Assembly: GCA_947503555.1 (NCBI GenBank) | Contig: CANNEE010000005.1 | Coordinates: 171,951 to 235,950 of the forward strand | From: an uncultured Shewanella sp. | Lineage (GTDB): Bacteria; Pseudomonadota; Gammaproteobacteria; Enterobacterales; Shewanellaceae | DNA: 64,000 bases | Direction of reading: 5' to 3' | Shown here: positions 9,724-20,886 of the stretch, piece by piece | Position numbering within the stretch: the stretch's first letter is position 1 | Layout: each line of letters begins with the position of its first letter | Position numbers and translations under genes: made by a program | The notes under the pieces: model-generated | What the model saw: only the letters and a program-made list of their open reading frames with translations | Databases searched by the model: none | What the model was told of the DNA's origin: nothing

Positions 9724-11954
9724 TGAAAATAAGCTCAGGTCGACCTTATCCGCTGGGTGCTAGCTTCGATGGCAAGGGGGTTAATTTTGCCATTTTCTCT
9801 GCCCATGCAACTCAAGTCGAGCTGTGTTTATTTGAGGTTGTAGAGAGCAGTGAAGAGGAGGCTCAACGACAAGTTAACCCAGAAACTGAGTTAATGCGTA
9901 TTCATCTGGCTGCATGTACTCATCAGGTATGGCATGTCTATGTTGAAGGTCTGATGCCTGGAGCGTTATACGGTTATCGCTGCCACGGCCCCTTTGAGCC
10001 TGATTCTGGGTTAAGATTCAATTCAGCTAAGCTGCTAATCGATCCCTATGCCAAGCAGTTAAAGGGAGAGTTTATTCATCATGGGGCGCTATATAGCTAT
10101 GACTTAACGAGTCCTGATGAAGATTTGTCTTTAGATTATCAGGATAGTGCCCCCTATATTCCAAAATGTGTGGTTATTGATGAAGCGCAGCTTAAGCGTC
10201 ACATTGGCAAGCGTATGGCGGATAATGCTGCGCCTAGCCCTAAGCGGCCAATGTCTGAATCTATTATCTATGAGCTCCACGTTAAAGGTTATACCGCGTT
10301 AAATTCAAATATAGATAAGCATCTTAGGGGCAGTTTTGCGGCACTATCTGATTTAACGGTTATCGATAACATTAAACAGCTCGGGGTGACCTGTGTTGAG
10401 CTGCTGCCAGTACAAGCTTTTGTTACTGAACCATTTTTACTGCAGAAGCAACTGACTAATTATTGGGGCTACAATAGTGTCGCTTTTTTTGCTCCTCATC
10501 CTGCCTATTTAGCAGAGGGAGAGCTCACTGAGTTTAGTCGTATGGTGCAAGCTTTTCATCAGGCCGATATAGAAGTCATTCTAGATGTAGTATTCAATCA
10601 TACTGCAGAAGGCAACCGCCTTGGTCCCACCTATAGTTTTCGTGGCATAGACAACACTAGCTACTACCGCTTACAGCATAATAACCCTCGTTATTACATC
10701 AACGAGACTGGCTGCGGGAATACCTTGAACCTTAGTCATCCAAGAGTCATTCAAATGGTAATGGATTGTCTCAGATACTGGGTTGAGGTGATGGGCGTTG
10801 ATGGTTTCAGATTTGATTTAGCGAGCATTTTAGGGCGAGAAGATCAAGGTTTTGAAATTGGTGCAGGTTTTTTCGATGCCGTGAGCCAAGATCCCGTGTT
10901 ATCTCAAGTAAAACTTATTGCAGAGCCTTGGGATATAGGGCCTGGTGGTTATCGTCTAGGGCAGTTTCCTATCGGTTGGAGCGAGTGGAACGACAAGTTT
11001 CGAGATACTATGCGTCGTTTCTGGCGCGGTGATAAGGGAATGTTGCCAGAGTTTGCCCGCAGGTTTCATGGCTCTGCGGATTTATTTGAAGCCGGCGGAA
11101 GAAAGCCTTGTGCCAATATTCACTTTATTACCAGCCATGATGGTTTTACCTTACGAGATCTTGTCAGCTACGCCATGCGTCACAACCTAGCTAATGGTGA
11201 AGATAATCGCGATGGTCACAGCCATAACTTTAGCGCTAATCATGGGGTTGAGGGGGAGACGCTAGACACCGAAATACTGAGCATAAGGCGCAGACAGTCT
11301 AAAAACTTGCTGGCGTCACTATTTCTCTCCCAAGGAGTGCCTATGTTACTGGCCGGAGATGAAATAGGTCATTCACAGCACGGGAATAATAACGCTTACT
11401 GTCAAGATAACCCCTTGAGCTGGAGAGATTGGCAAGTAAATGATGAAGGATTGTTGAGTTTTTGCCAGCGATTGATTGCGATCCGTAAAGCTTATCCATT
11501 TATATGTCATCAAGACTATATTCATATGGGGGTTGAGGCAGACAGCTTGACAGGGTTTAGCTGGTACACCCCTCAGGGCATACCTATGTCCAGTGAACAT
11601 TGGCATGACTCGGACGCCCATGGATTAACCTTGGCCATAAAAGGTGAACTGGAAGATGATGAGAGCCGAGTGTTTTCAGAATGTCATAGTGCTGCAAATA
11701 ACCTCAGTCAAACTAAAGCATCTGTGGCAGGCCAAGAAAAACTTCATTTGCCAAGGGATGGGGAGCATATATTGCTATTAATGCTAAATGCTCATTCTCA
11801 AGCTATGGAATTCACTGTACCAGAATTGCCTCGAGTGAGTCTGTGGCAATGTTTGCTGCACTCTCAAGAAAGTGAGCCCCTGTTAGATAGCGATATGTGT
11901 TGTCAGTTATTAGGTAAAAGTTTTGTATTGCTCAGTGCCAAGTTAGTCGCTTAG
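9723..11954 (+). CDS. glgX: Glycogen debranching enzyme
   Basis: GVNFAIFS, IYELHVKG, NYWGYN, DVVFNHT, DGFRFDLA, IAEPWD and HDGFTL motifs. The start overlaps the glgB stop. Confidence 0.96.
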   Translation: MKISSGRPYPLGASFDGKGVNFAIFSAHATQVELCLFEVVESSEEEAQRQVNPETELMRIHLAACTHQVWHVYVEGLMPGALYGYRCHGPFEPDSGLRFNSAKLLIDPYAKQLKGEFIHHGALYSYDLTSPDEDLSLDYQDSAPYIPKCVVIDEAQLKRHIGKRMADNAAPSPKRPMSESIIYELHVKGYTALNSNIDKHLRGSFAALSDLTVIDNIKQLGVTCVELLPVQAFVTEPFLLQKQLTNYWGYNSVAFFAPHPAYLAEGELTEFSRMVQAFHQADIEVILDVVFNHTAEGNRLGPTYSFRGIDNTSYYRLQHNNPRYYINETGCGNTLNLSHPRVIQMVMDCLRYWVEVMGVDGFRFDLASILGREDQGFEIGAGFFDAVSQDPVLSQVKLIAEPWDIGPGGYRLGQFPIGWSEWNDKFRDTMRRFWRGDKGMLPEFARRFHGSADLFEAGGRKPCANIHFITSHDGFTLRDLVSYAMRHNLANGEDNRDGHSHNFSANHGVEGETLDTEILSIRRRQSKNLLASLFLSQGVPMLLAGDEIGHSQHGNNNAYCQDNPLSWRDWQVNDEGLLSFCQRLIAIRKAYPFICHQDYIHMGVEADSLTGFSWYTPQGIPMSSEHWHDSDAHGLTLAIKGELEDDESRVFSECHSAANNLSQTKASVAGQEKLHLPRDGEHILLLMLNAHSQAMEFTVPELPRVSLWQCLLHSQESEPLLDSDMCCQLLGKSFVLLSAKLVA

Positions 11955-12105
11955 TGGGCTAACTTTTGTTGAGTTTGGTTCTGGGTTTTGAGTTAACCCT
12001 TAACATCGCTGTAGTTTCGCTGAGCTATTTCATTGCCAAGGTGGTGAAAAGGGCTTAGGAAAGCGAGGTCTGTTATTGATTCAACTTGAGTCAGTTGGAG
12101 GAGTG

Positions 12106-14613
12106 ATGAAGCAACAAGGAAAAAGTCCTCAGTATAGTGATAAACAGCCTGCTTCTAGCCAAGCACAGAGCGATATGGCGAAAAGTAACGGTATGCTTGA
12201 ACAAGAGCCTTGTGATTCATTGTCCGCGGCTTTTGCTCGACAGATGCGTTATAGCTTAGGTCGAGATGAGCTTAAAGACCATGAATTATATTTGGCGATG
12301 GCCAGTGCAGTAAAAGAGCAGATGCTTGATGACTGGCGCAATACACGTAAGCAGGACAGCCTGTATCAGCGTAAGCAAGTTGCCTATCTTTCGTTGGAGT
12401 TTCTGATGGGAAGAGCCCTTGGCAACAGCTTATTGAGCCTGAATATTGAACAGGAGGCAAGAGAAGCCCTATTGCCCTACGCCATAGAGCTCGAGCGCAT
12501 CGAAGAGGAGGAGCATGATGCTGGTCTAGGTAATGGTGGCTTGGGGCGTTTAGCCGCTTGTTTTTTAGATAGTTGTGCCAGCCTAGATCTGGCGGTAACG
12601 GGTTATGGTATTCGCTATGAATACGGCATGTTTGCACAGAAGCTGGTGGATGGTTATCAAGTCGAGCGTCCCGATCGCTGGCTGCGCTCTGGTAATCCAT
12701 GGGAGGTTCGCTCAGCGGTTCATAATGTGACAGTTCCTTTCTTTGGTCATACACGCACCTATGAAGATAGAGATGGGCGTACTCATATTCGCTGGGCCGA
12801 TACCCATGATGTGTTGGCCGTCGCTTTTGATATGCCGATTCCTGGATATAAAAACGGCCGTGTGAATACCCTTAGGCTCTGGAAGGCGGAAGCGACAGAA
12901 GATTTTGATCTTGATGAGTTTAACCAAGGTGATTACACCGAAGCGGTAGCAAGAAAAAACCTTGCCGAGCAGATAACCATGGTGCTTTATCCCAATGATG
13001 CCAGTGAAAATGGTAAAGAGTTGAGGCTAAGGCAGCAGTATTTCCTCTCAAGCGCCAGTTTACAAGACCTCCTTAATAATTGGGTTAACCAGTATGGTGA
13101 GGATTTCTCTCGTTTTGCTGAGCTTAATGTGATGCAACTTAATGATACCCACCCAAGCATAGCGATTCCTGAGCTAATGCGGCTATTGATCGATAAGTAT
13201 TACCTTGAGTGGGATCAGGCATGGAAAATTACGACTTCGGTGATGGCTTATACCAACCATACCTTGTTGCCTGAAGCATTAGAGCGTTGGCCCGTGCGCA
13301 TGTTTGAGCAGATGTTGCCGCGGATCTTAGAGATCATCTATGAAATCAATGCCAGATACCTAGATGATGTTGCACACCATTGGCCGGGTAATAGTGAAAT
13401 GCTCAGGGTGATGTCGATTATTGAAGAGGGAGATTACCCGCAAATTCGCATGGCGCATCTGGCGATTGCTGCAAGCTTTTCGGTAAATGGCGTGGCTGGA
13501 CTTCACACTCGCTTATTAACCGAAGGCTTGTTTAAACACTTTTATCAGCTTTGGCCACACAAGTTTAATAACAAAACCAACGGCGTCACTCCAAGGCGTT
13601 GGTTGATTCAAAGTAACCCTCAATTGACCCAGTTGATCAGCAGTAAGCTAGGCGATGATTGGACTAAAGATCTGAGCCAATTGAAGCAGCTTAATGCTTA
13701 TGTCGATGATACTGAATTTCTGAAGCAGTGGCGTCAGGTTAAGCAGGAAAATAAACAAGTTTTAGCCGACTTAGTAAAACAAAGATGTGGCGTCGAATTT
13801 GATCCAAATATGATGTTTGATGTGCAGGTGAAGCGTATTCATGAGTATAAACGTCAGCTGCTGAATATCCTGCATGTTATTCACCTTTACCATCAAATTC
13901 AGTCTGGTGAATTACAGGAAGCCTCGCCGCGCTGTGTGTTAATCGGCGGCAAGGCGGCTCCGGGTTATGCCATGGCTAAGTTAATTATTAAGTTAGCGTC
14001 TAATGTGGCCCATATGATCAACTCAGACTCTCATATGAAGGCTGGATTGAGATTTGCTTTTTTACCTGACTACAACGTCAGTGCCATGGAGAAAATTTGC
14101 CCAGCAACTGACCTATCTGAGCAGATCTCGACCGCAGGCAAAGAAGCCTCTGGCACAGGCAATATGAAGTTTATGATGAATGGTGCGTTGACCATAGGCA
14201 CGCTTGATGGCGCCAATATTGAGATGCTGCAAGAGGTGGGGAAGGAGGACTTCTTCCTGTTTGGCCTAAATGCAAGACAAGTCGATGAGCTAAAACTGCA
14301 TTACAACCCTCAGGAGTTTATTAATCAGTCTCCAGCGTTAGAAAGTGTGATGCACTTGCTTGAAAGTGGGCATTTTAATCTATTGGAGCCAGGCATTTTC
14401 GACCCTTTAATTGCGTCAATCAAAAGTCCACACGACCCCTGGATGATAGCTGCTGATTTCGAAGCCTACCGCCAAGCTCAACAGCGCGCTTCTTTAGCCT
14501 ATTTAGATCATAAGGCATGGACTCAGATGAGCATTCGTAATACCGCGGCCAGTGGGCGATTTTCAAGTGATGTCACCATAGCAGGTTACCGTGACGATAT
14601 CTGGAAGGCTTAA
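12106..14613 (+). CDS. glgP: Glycogen/starch phosphorylase (GT35)
   Basis: GNGGLGRLAACF, QLNDTHP, AYTNHT, KRIHEYKRQ and EASGTGNMKF motifs. GGAGGA RBS precedes ATG 12106; the ORF track starts at TTG 12076. Confidence 0.96.
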   Translation: MKQQGKSPQYSDKQPASSQAQSDMAKSNGMLEQEPCDSLSAAFARQMRYSLGRDELKDHELYLAMASAVKEQMLDDWRNTRKQDSLYQRKQVAYLSLEFLMGRALGNSLLSLNIEQEAREALLPYAIELERIEEEEHDAGLGNGGLGRLAACFLDSCASLDLAVTGYGIRYEYGMFAQKLVDGYQVERPDRWLRSGNPWEVRSAVHNVTVPFFGHTRTYEDRDGRTHIRWADTHDVLAVAFDMPIPGYKNGRVNTLRLWKAEATEDFDLDEFNQGDYTEAVARKNLAEQITMVLYPNDASENGKELRLRQQYFLSSASLQDLLNNWVNQYGEDFSRFAELNVMQLNDTHPSIAIPELMRLLIDKYYLEWDQAWKITTSVMAYTNHTLLPEALERWPVRMFEQMLPRILEIIYEINARYLDDVAHHWPGNSEMLRVMSIIEEGDYPQIRMAHLAIAASFSVNGVAGLHTRLLTEGLFKHFYQLWPHKFNNKTNGVTPRRWLIQSNPQLTQLISSKLGDDWTKDLSQLKQLNAYVDDTEFLKQWRQVKQENKQVLADLVKQRCGVEFDPNMMFDVQVKRIHEYKRQLLNILHVIHLYHQIQSGELQEASPRCVLIGGKAAPGYAMAKLIIKLASNVAHMINSDSHMKAGLRFAFLPDYNVSAMEKICPATDLSEQISTAGKEASGTGNMKFMMNGALTIGTLDGANIEMLQEVGKEDFFLFGLNARQVDELKLHYNPQEFINQSPALESVMHLLESGHFNLLEPGIFDPLIASIKSPHDPWMIAADFEAYRQAQQRASLAYLDHKAWTQMSIRNTAASGRFSSDVTIAGYRDDIWKA

Positions 14614-14689
14614 TTATGACTTTTTTATTTGGTTCTTTCTGTTGGTTGTTTTTGAGTAAAAATGAGTTGAACTCAAGGAGTGAGTATTA

Positions 14690-15958
14690 ATGGCGAATCC
14701 AAGTCCACGTTATATAAGTAATTTGACACGTGATACCTATGCACTGATTTTGGCTGGAGGTCGAGGTTCTAGGCTACATGAATTAACAGATTGGCGAGCC
14801 AAACCTTCGCTCTATTTTGGTGGCAAGTTTCGGATTATCGATTTTCCGTTATCTAACTGTATTAATTCGGGGATTCGCCGAGTGGGAATTGTGACTCAAT
14901 ATAAATCTCATTCGCTTATTCGTCATGTGATGCGGGGTTGGGGGCACTTTAAAAAAGAGCTCGGAGAGTCGGTGGAGATCTTGCCCGCATCTCAGCGTTA
15001 TTCTGAAGATTGGTATCAGGGAACAGCTGACGCAGTATTTCAAAATATCGATATTATTCGTCATGAATTGCCCAAATACGTCATGATTCTCTCTGGCGAT
15101 CATATTTATCGCATGGATTATGCAGGCTTGCTCGCTGCCCATGCCGAGAGTGGTGCTGATATGACAGTCTCTTGTCTTGAAGTGCCAACGGCGGAAGCCG
15201 CTGGAGCCTTTGGGGTGATGGAAGTCGATGCTAACCATAGAATTCTTGGTTTTGAAGAGAAGCCTCAGCTGCCAAAACATTTGCCCGATAACCCAGAGAT
15301 GTGTCTCGCTTCTATGGGCAATTACGTCTTTAATACTGAGTTTCTGTTTGAACAGTTAAAAAAGGATGCTGCCAACAGTGACTCAGAAAGGGACTTTGGC
15401 AAAGATATCATCCCTTCTATTATCGATGAGCATAAGGTCTTTGCTTATCCATTTCGCAGCTCATTTCCAGGGGAACAGGCCTATTGGCGTGATGTCGGTA
15501 CCTTAGATTCTTTTTGGAAGGCTAACATGGAGTTACTTTCTCCGACTCCAGCTCTCAATCTATATGACGATAGATGGCCGATATGGACCTATCAGGAGCA
15601 GCTACCGCCAGCCAAATTTGTATTTGATGACGATGACAGACGCGGCATGGCGTTAGACTCTCTTATCTCCGGAGGCTGTATTATCTCTGGTGCGACAGTA
15701 CGTTCGAGCGTGCTGTTTAATGAGGTTAGAGTTTGCTCTTATTCTTTGGTTGAAGGGGCTGTGATTCTGCCCGATGTCGTGATATTGCGTAACTGTAAGA
15801 TTAAAAATGCCATCATAGATAGGGGCTGTGTTATTCCAGAAGGGACTGTGATTGGTTATAACCATGAGCATGATAGAGCACGTGGTTTTAGGGTTTCCAA
15901 AGACGGCATAGTGTTGGTCACACGGCATATGTTAGGTCTTCCGCTTGGTTATGAATAA
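14690..15958 (+). CDS. glgC: Glucose-1-phosphate adenylyltransferase
   Basis: LAGGRGSRL…[29 protein letters not shown] and DFGKDIIP motifs. Confidence 0.97.
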   Translation: MANPSPRYISNLTRDTYALILAGGRGSRLHELTDWRAKPSLYFGGKFRIIDFPLSNCINSGIRRVGIVTQYKSHSLIRHVMRGWGHFKKELGESVEILPASQRYSEDWYQGTADAVFQNIDIIRHELPKYVMILSGDHIYRMDYAGLLAAHAESGADMTVSCLEVPTAEAAGAFGVMEVDANHRILGFEEKPQLPKHLPDNPEMCLASMGNYVFNTEFLFEQLKKDAANSDSERDFGKDIIPSIIDEHKVFAYPFRSSFPGEQAYWRDVGTLDSFWKANMELLSPTPALNLYDDRWPIWTYQEQLPPAKFVFDDDDRRGMALDSLISGGCIISGATVRSSVLFNEVRVCSYSLVEGAVILPDVVILRNCKIKNAIIDRGCVIPEGTVIGYNHEHDRARGFRVSKDGIVLVTRHMLGLPLGYE

Positions 15959-16003
15959 CAGCAGTAGGTAAATTAGGGACTTAAACAACAGGGAGAAAAA
16001 GGA

Positions 16004-17659
16004 ATGCAGGTATTGATGTTGGCTGCTGAAAATGGGGCGATTGAGGGAGCTAAGGTTGGCGGCATGGCCGACGTAATAAGGGATTTACCCTTAGCACTAA
16101 CTAACGCTAATCAAGATGTGAGCTGCCATCTTGTTATGCCTGCATTTGGAAAACTGATTACCAATGCCAATGCTACTTGGGTTGCTCAATTTGAAGTCCC
16201 CTTTGCAGGTAGAATGGAGATGATTGATATCTATCAATCTCATCACCCTCAAGCAGAGTCGGTGCGTTTCTTCTTCCTGAGTCACCCTCTATTTCAGGGG
16301 CAGTATAAAGGGGTATATAGTCAAGGTAGTGCTGAGCGCCCTTTCGCCGAGGATGCGACTAAGTTCGCACTCTTTTCTATGGCGAGTGCCACAGCCCTGT
16401 TGCAAGGTTTATTACCTATGCCAGATGTACTACATCTGCATGATTGGCATATGGCTATGTTTGCCATGTTGGTGGCTTTTGAACCTAAGTTTGTCTCGCT
16501 CAAATCGCTAAAACTTGTCTATACCATACATAACCTTGCATTGCAGGGTATTAGGCCGATAGATTTTGAGGCTTCCTCTTTTGAAGCCTGGTTTCCTCAG
16601 TTATGGCGCACGCTAAGCCTTAAACAGAGACAGCAAGTCATAGATCCTAGATATCCTAATTGTGTTAATCCTATGCGAATGGGGATTAATTTAGCTCATA
16701 AGGTACATTTAGTATCGCCAACGTATGTCGAAGAGGTGTTGCGTAAGTCAGAGCCAGAATTGGGCTTTTTTGGTGGTGAAGGCCTTGAAGCTGATCTGCA
16801 ACTCGCGGCCAGCCAAGGAAAACTCGTGGGTATTCTCAATGGTTGCCATTTGGATGACAAGGTTGGTGAGTCACTGCGCCGTTCTAATGTCCAACCCAAG
16901 GAGAGTAAGCGCTGGGTTCGAGGACTGAGTCAATCGGCAAAACGTAAGGCCTTTGCTGAATTGCTGGATGAGGTTGAGGGCTCAATAATTACCAGTCTTG
17001 CTCAGTTTCAGTGGGTGAGAAGCCAAGATCAAATAGCCTTAAGCAGAGTCAATCAATTTCGCTGCAATAAATATATAAAGTCTGGGCCTAAGATGCTACT
17101 GACATCGGTTGGACGGCTGACAAATCAAAAGGTGCTATTGTTGCGGCAAACTCTTGATTCTGGCGTTTGCGTGCTTGAGCAGATGCTAAAGCAACTAGCC
17201 TGTGCACAAGACTCTGGCTTGTTCATCATGCTTGGCAGCGGCGACGATAAAATCGCTGATGAGTTTACTCAGATAGCGGCTAGATACAGTAACTTTTTGT
17301 TTATGAATACCTATGATGAAAAGTTGTCGACCTTACTTTATCGTCTTGGAGACCTGTTTGTTATGCCTAGCTCGTTTGAGCCCTGTGGGATCAGTCAAAT
17401 GTTGGCTTTATCCCAAGGTCAGCTTTGCTTAGTCCATGGGGTGGGAGGCTTAAGAGATACAGTCTTACCAGGGCAATATGGCTTTGTGTTTAATGGCAAA
17501 AACTTAACAGAGCAGGGGAAAGCCTTACTCTCTAGTGTTGACGAGGCGCTTGAATTATTTGATTCTCAAATTTGGCTCAATATGGAACAAGCGGCGTTGC
17601 AAGCCAAGTTTGATTGGCAAACTCAAGTACCGCGCTATTTAAAAGAGCTTTACTCATAA
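16004..17659 (+). CDS. glgA: Glycogen synthase (GT5)
   Basis: KVGGMAD, HLHDWH, TIHNL…QG, GILNG, RLTNQK and PSSFEPCGISQM motifs; last gene of the glg cluster. Confidence 0.93.
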   Translation: MQVLMLAAENGAIEGAKVGGMADVIRDLPLALTNANQDVSCHLVMPAFGKLITNANATWVAQFEVPFAGRMEMIDIYQSHHPQAESVRFFFLSHPLFQGQYKGVYSQGSAERPFAEDATKFALFSMASATALLQGLLPMPDVLHLHDWHMAMFAMLVAFEPKFVSLKSLKLVYTIHNLALQGIRPIDFEASSFEAWFPQLWRTLSLKQRQQVIDPRYPNCVNPMRMGINLAHKVHLVSPTYVEEVLRKSEPELGFFGGEGLEADLQLAASQGKLVGILNGCHLDDKVGESLRRSNVQPKESKRWVRGLSQSAKRKAFAELLDEVEGSIITSLAQFQWVRSQDQIALSRVNQFRCNKYIKSGPKMLLTSVGRLTNQKVLLLRQTLDSGVCVLEQMLKQLACAQDSGLFIMLGSGDDKIADEFTQIAARYSNFLFMNTYDEKLSTLLYRLGDLFVMPSSFEPCGISQMLALSQGQLCLVHGVGGLRDTVLPGQYGFVFNGKNLTEQGKALLSSVDEALELFDSQIWLNMEQAALQAKFDWQTQVPRYLKELYS

Positions 17660-17745
17660 CCAAGTTTTATAACAAATTTGCTACACCTAGCGGAAGTGAA
17701 TTAGTATAAAAGTTATAAGTCTGCATTAAGGTTAGTGTAATCTTT

Positions 17746-20700
17746 ATGGATAAAGGGGCCTTTTTTCCTTTAGCGCAAAATGCCGCGTTGTTGATTGCGC
17801 TGGTCTATCTCTATGACATGGTGCCAAAGCAGCAACGTCGGCGCCATTTTCAACTTTGGCGTCTTCTTGTTGGTTTAGTGATTGGTTTGGTCGGCGTGAT
17901 TATCATGATGACGCCACTGGAACTGCAGCCAGGTTTATTCTTCGATGCTAGATCCGTACTTTTTAGCGTATCAGGCCTTTTCTTTGGTGGTGTGCCGACT
18001 CTCATTGCAGCCATTATCTGTAGTATCTATCGATATAGTCTTGGAGGTGAAACCGTTTGGATCAGCATAGCTCTGATTTTCTTAGCGGGTGGTGTCGGCG
18101 TACTGTGGCGAGCTAAACGTAAATCTTCTTTGGCTGAAATTGGTTATCAAGAGCTCTATAGCTTTGGTATGTTGATTCACCTTGGCATGTTGGCATTGAT
18201 GATCTTCTTGCCTATGGGCCTATCTCAGCAGACAGTGGTTAATCTCGCCTTACCCTTACTTGCAGTTTTTCCTATCGCCACCATGTTAATTGGTGGCTTG
18301 TTGTCTAAACACCTTGAAATTGAACGAGACGAGCAAATACGTCTACAAGATACTCTGTTGTTTCAGGGGCAATTTAATGTGGGCAATATAGGTATAGCTA
18401 TTTCATCTGTGGATAAACGCTGGATTCGAGTTAATCCCTATGTTTGCCAAATGCTCAAGTATACAGAGCAGGAGTTGATTAACAGTAACTGGATTAAACT
18501 GACACACCCAGATGATGTCAGCGCCGATATTGAGCATTATGAGCGCATGCTAGCTGGAGAGATTGATTCCTATGAGCTAGATAAGCGTTATTTAGCGAAA
18601 GATGGCGGTGTGGTTTATGTCCATTTGACTGTGGCCTGTAAGCGAGTCGCGGGTAAAGTTGAGCTGGTGGTCGCGGGTTTGCTTGATATCACTTCACTTA
18701 AGCAAGCCGAGCAAGAGATGCGAGATAATCAAGAGCAACTCGGATTAGTGCTAGAGAGCAGTGATTTGGGCCTTTGGGACTGGAATATTGTCCAGGACAA
18801 GGTCGTTCGTAACGAACGCTGTGCTCAGCTTTTAGGTTGTGATTATCCCGAGCTCATTGAGAATGAACAGCTTTGGGTCGATGCTATTTTACCTTCAGAT
18901 AGACAAGGGCTTGAAAAACGAATACGCCGCCATTTATCGGGACAGACCAGTCACTACAAAGCTGAGTACCGTATTCAATCTCGAAGTGGTGAGATCCGTT
19001 GGATTGCTGATACGGGGCGAGTTGTGAGCCGTGATGATAATGGTCAAGCCTTGAGAATGTGTGGTGTCCACTCTGATATCACAGATGCCAAACGGGTGCA
19101 GGAGTCGATGCGGTTAGCTGCCTCAGTGTATAACAATAGCAGTGAAGCCATGACGGTTATGGATCAAAAAGGCCATATTATTACTGTAAATCAGGCTTTT
19201 AGTGAAATTACCGGTTACAGTTACGACACTGTGATTAAACAGCATATTGGTATTATTCGAAGTCGTCGTAATGGTTCAGGTTTTTATAAAAAATTGTTTG
19301 AAACCTTACAAAGCGAACATAGGTGGCAGGGTGAGGTTTGGCTAAAAAGTGCTGATAATCAAGAGTATATTGTCTGGCTTACGGTAAATGCGATTGAAGA
19401 TGAAGATGGAAACGTCAATCGCTGGGTTGCGCTATTTTCTGATATTACTGACAAAAAAAATACCGAGCAGATGATATGGCGTCAAGCGAACTATGATGCA
19501 CTCACGGGGCTACCTAACAGGCGTATGTTCCTTGAGTATTTGGAGCACGAGATAAGTCTAGCCAACGGGCGCCATCAACACTTTGCCTTACTGTTTCTAG
19601 ACTTAGACTACTTTAAGGAAGTTAATGATACCTTAGGTCATGATATTGGTGATCAGCTACTTATCGAAACCGCGGAAAGATTAAAGCGTTGCATACGTGA
19701 GTCTGATGTGGTGGCTCGTCTTGGTGGAGATGAGTTTATTATCGTGCTCCCTGGCATTGTCGATAACCATGGGGTAGAACGTGTTGCTGAGCAAATATTG
19801 ACTAATTTAGCTGAGCCCTATCAGTTGGGAGATGAGACCAGTTATATCAGTGCCAGTATAGGTATCACCTTGTACCCAGATGATGCCAATTCTCCGGAAA
19901 CCCTATTAAAGAACGCCGATCAGGCCATGTATGCGGCTAAGGATTTGGGACGTAACCGATTTAACTATTTCACGCCGTCGATGCAAGAGTCAGCACGTTA
20001 CCGCATGGAACTGATTAGAGACTTGCGTAACGCCCTAAAAAACCAAGAGTTTAATGTGTTCTATCAGCCGATTGTAGACTTAACAACCGAGCAGGTATTT
20101 AAAGCCGAGGCCTTAATTCGTTGGCATCATCCAAGCCGTGGAAATATTTCACCTGCAGAATTTATTCCTGTAGCTGAAGACACTGGAATGATTATCGATA
20201 TAGGTACCTGGGTATTTGAGCAATCAGCAAGACAGGCCGTTGCTTGGCGAGAAGAATATGGTAAAGCAATTCAGATCAGTGTGAATAAATCACCAGTGCA
20301 ATTTAGAGATGAAGGTGAAGAGTTTGAGCGCTGGATTGAATTGTTAAAAGAGCTCAATCTGGCAAAGTCAGGTATCTGTATCGAAATCACTGAAGGGTTA
20401 TTACTCGACACCAGCATTGGAGTATCAGAGAAGTTATTGCAATATCGGGATGCTGGTGTGCAGGTCTCTTTAGATGACTTTGGTACGGGTTATTCATCTT
20501 TGGCCTATTTGAAGAAGTTTGATATTGATTACTTAAAGATAGATCAGTCATTTACTCGTAACTTGGGCATAGATGATAATGATTTAGTGTTATGTGAAGC
20601 GATTATTGTGATGGCCCATAAGTTGGGAATGAAAGTGATTGCTGAAGGTGTTGAAACCCAAGAGCAACGGGATATTTTAGCTGCTGCAGGTTGTGACTAT

Positions 20701-20790
20701 GCTCAAGGCTACTATTATTCGCCACCTGTGACACATGAAGAGTTTGCCAAGCAATTCTTACGTCCTTCTCAAGATCTGCTGCAGGGTTAG
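17746..20790 (+). CDS. Membrane-bound diguanylate cyclase/phosphodiesterase (5TM LytS-type sensor, PAS x3, GGDEF, EAL)
   Basis: Hydrophobic N-terminus with FFDARSV (5TM-5TMR_LYT-like), PAS/PAC repeats (HPDD, GLWDWN), RESD…GGDEF, EAL, DDFGTGYSS and AEGVET. Confidence 0.92.
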   Translation: MDKGAFFPLAQNAALLIALVYLYDMVPKQQRRRHFQLWRLLVGLVIGLVGVIIMMTPLELQPGLFFDARSVLFSVSGLFFGGVPTLIAAIICSIYRYSLGGETVWISIALIFLAGGVGVLWRAKRKSSLAEIGYQELYSFGMLIHLGMLALMIFLPMGLSQQTVVNLALPLLAVFPIATMLIGGLLSKHLEIERDEQIRLQDTLLFQGQFNVGNIGIAISSVDKRWIRVNPYVCQMLKYTEQELINSNWIKLTHPDDVSADIEHYERMLAGEIDSYELDKRYLAKDGGVVYVHLTVACKRVAGKVELVVAGLLDITSLKQAEQEMRDNQEQLGLVLESSDLGLWDWNIVQDKVVRNERCAQLLGCDYPELIENEQLWVDAILPSDRQGLEKRIRRHLSGQTSHYKAEYRIQSRSGEIRWIADTGRVVSRDDNGQALRMCGVHSDITDAKRVQESMRLAASVYNNSSEAMTVMDQKGHIITVNQAFSEITGYSYDTVIKQHIGIIRSRRNGSGFYKKLFETLQSEHRWQGEVWLKSADNQEYIVWLTVNAIEDEDGNVNRWVALFSDITDKKNTEQMIWRQANYDALTGLPNRRMFLEYLEHEISLANGRHQHFALLFLDLDYFKEVNDTLGHDIGDQLLIETAERLKRCIRESDVVARLGGDEFIIVLPGIVDNHGVERVAEQILTNLAEPYQLGDETSYISASIGITLYPDDANSPETLLKNADQAMYAAKDLGRNRFNYFTPSMQESARYRMELIRDLRNALKNQEFNVFYQPIVDLTTEQVFKAEALIRWHHPSRGNISPAEFIPVAEDTGMIIDIGTWVFEQSARQAVAWREEYGKAIQISVNKSPVQFRDEGEEFERWIELLKELNLAKSGICIEITEGLLLDTSIGVSEKLLQYRDAGVQVSLDDFGTGYSSLAYLKKFDIDYLKIDQSFTRNLGIDDNDLVLCEAIIVMAHKLGMKVIAEGVETQEQRDILAAAGCDYAQGYYYSPPVTHEEFAKQFLRPSQDLLQG

Positions 20791-20886
20791 GGGGCTTTAC
20801 ATAACTTGATATTAGGGTTATTTAAGTATGATTCTGCTACACTGTCGCGCTTTCAATATTTACTAGCGCTAAGGCAATCTTGCTCA

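Noticed and set aside
5063-17659. Glycogen cluster as a novel or horizontally acquired island
   Set aside because: All six enzymes are standard, the same cluster occurs near adhB in other Shewanella, and there are no flanking mobility genes, repeats or obvious compositional shift.
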